Assembly (NCBI RefSeq): GCF_963921235.1
Contig: NC_086097.1
Location: forward strand, 119,352,001-119,416,000
Origin: Mobula hypostoma
Taxonomy: Eukaryota
Length of the DNA stretch: 64,000 bases
Direction of reading: 5' to 3'
Shown: piece by piece, positions 63,623 through 64,000 of the stretch
Position numbering within the stretch: the first letter of the stretch is position 1
Layout: each line of letters begins with the position of its first letter
Program-made: the position numbers and the translations under genes
The notes under the pieces: model-generated
Databases searched by the model: none
Told to the model about the DNA's origin: nothing
What the model saw: the letters and a program-made list of their open reading frames with translations, nothing else

Positions 63623-64000
63623 ATGGATGTTAGGAAATTTCTGTCATCGCCAAACCCTATGGTTTTGAAGAGAGCTAAAAAGGATGAGTTGCATAAAATT
63701 GTTGAGAAACTGGAACTTAAGACTGTAAAGAAGGGTATGACTAAGGTAGAAATTCAAAGAAAAATAGTTGAATATTATATTTCGACGAAGCAATGTACTG
63801 AGGATGTGTTGAAAATGTTTGCTGAAGGTAAAGTATTTACTGAGACTGAGCTTCAGCTTCAGTTGGAAAAAATAAAAATGGAGCGTGAGTTGCAACTGAA
63901 ACAGGTCGAGGCAGAAGAGGCAGAAAAACAGAGAGAGTTTGAGAGGGAGACCTGGCAGCTGGGAGGTCCAGTGTCGGACCCAGCTGATTTTTACGGCTTG
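63623..64000 (+). CDS. Gypsy gag N-terminus, open to the window end (126 codons)
   Basis: MDVRKFLSSPNPMVLKRAKKDELHKIVEKLELK...LQLEKIKMERELQLKQVEAEEAEKQREFE (coiled-coil-like), 100 nt after the PBS. Absent from the ORF track because it has no stop. Confidence 0.75.
   Translation, partial: MDVRKFLSSPNPMVLKRAKKDELHKIVEKLELKTVKKGMTKVEIQRKIVEYYISTKQCTEDVLKMFAEGKVFTETELQLQLEKIKMERELQLKQVEAEEAEKQREFERETWQLGGPVSDPADFYGL

Overview
Eukaryotic, repeat-saturated genomic DNA, either intergenic or deep intron. The repeat mix (CR1 LINEs with (TTCTATGG)n-type tails, Rex1/Babar LINEs, GIY-YIG Penelope-like elements, tRNA-SINEs, Tc1 and pogo MITEs, Gypsy LTRs) suggests a cartilaginous fish, probably a ray; this is inference. 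No recognisable host protein-coding gene is present, and nearly all listed ORFs are transposon fragments or chance frames. Highlights: (1) Penelope-derived pseudo-LTRs carrying minimal type-I hammerhead ribozyme motifs (core intact at 10342, 16713 and 48336), plus at least four small TSD-flanked fold-back elements made of two inverted hammerhead-bearing arms. (2) A miniature Gypsy/chromovirus-like LTR element (LTR ~1.47 kb, 184-bp interior) with an apparent Tf1/sushi-type self-priming duplex instead of a tRNA PBS. (3) A young CR1 with a complete ORF2 interrupted by three TGA stops (probably CGA>TGA) and one late frameshift. (4) Several nested insertions with readable TSDs. (5) The start of a tRNA-Pro-primed Gypsy with an open gag at the right edge. 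Boundaries of degenerate fragments are approximate (tens of bp). Family assignments come from motif recognition, not database searches.
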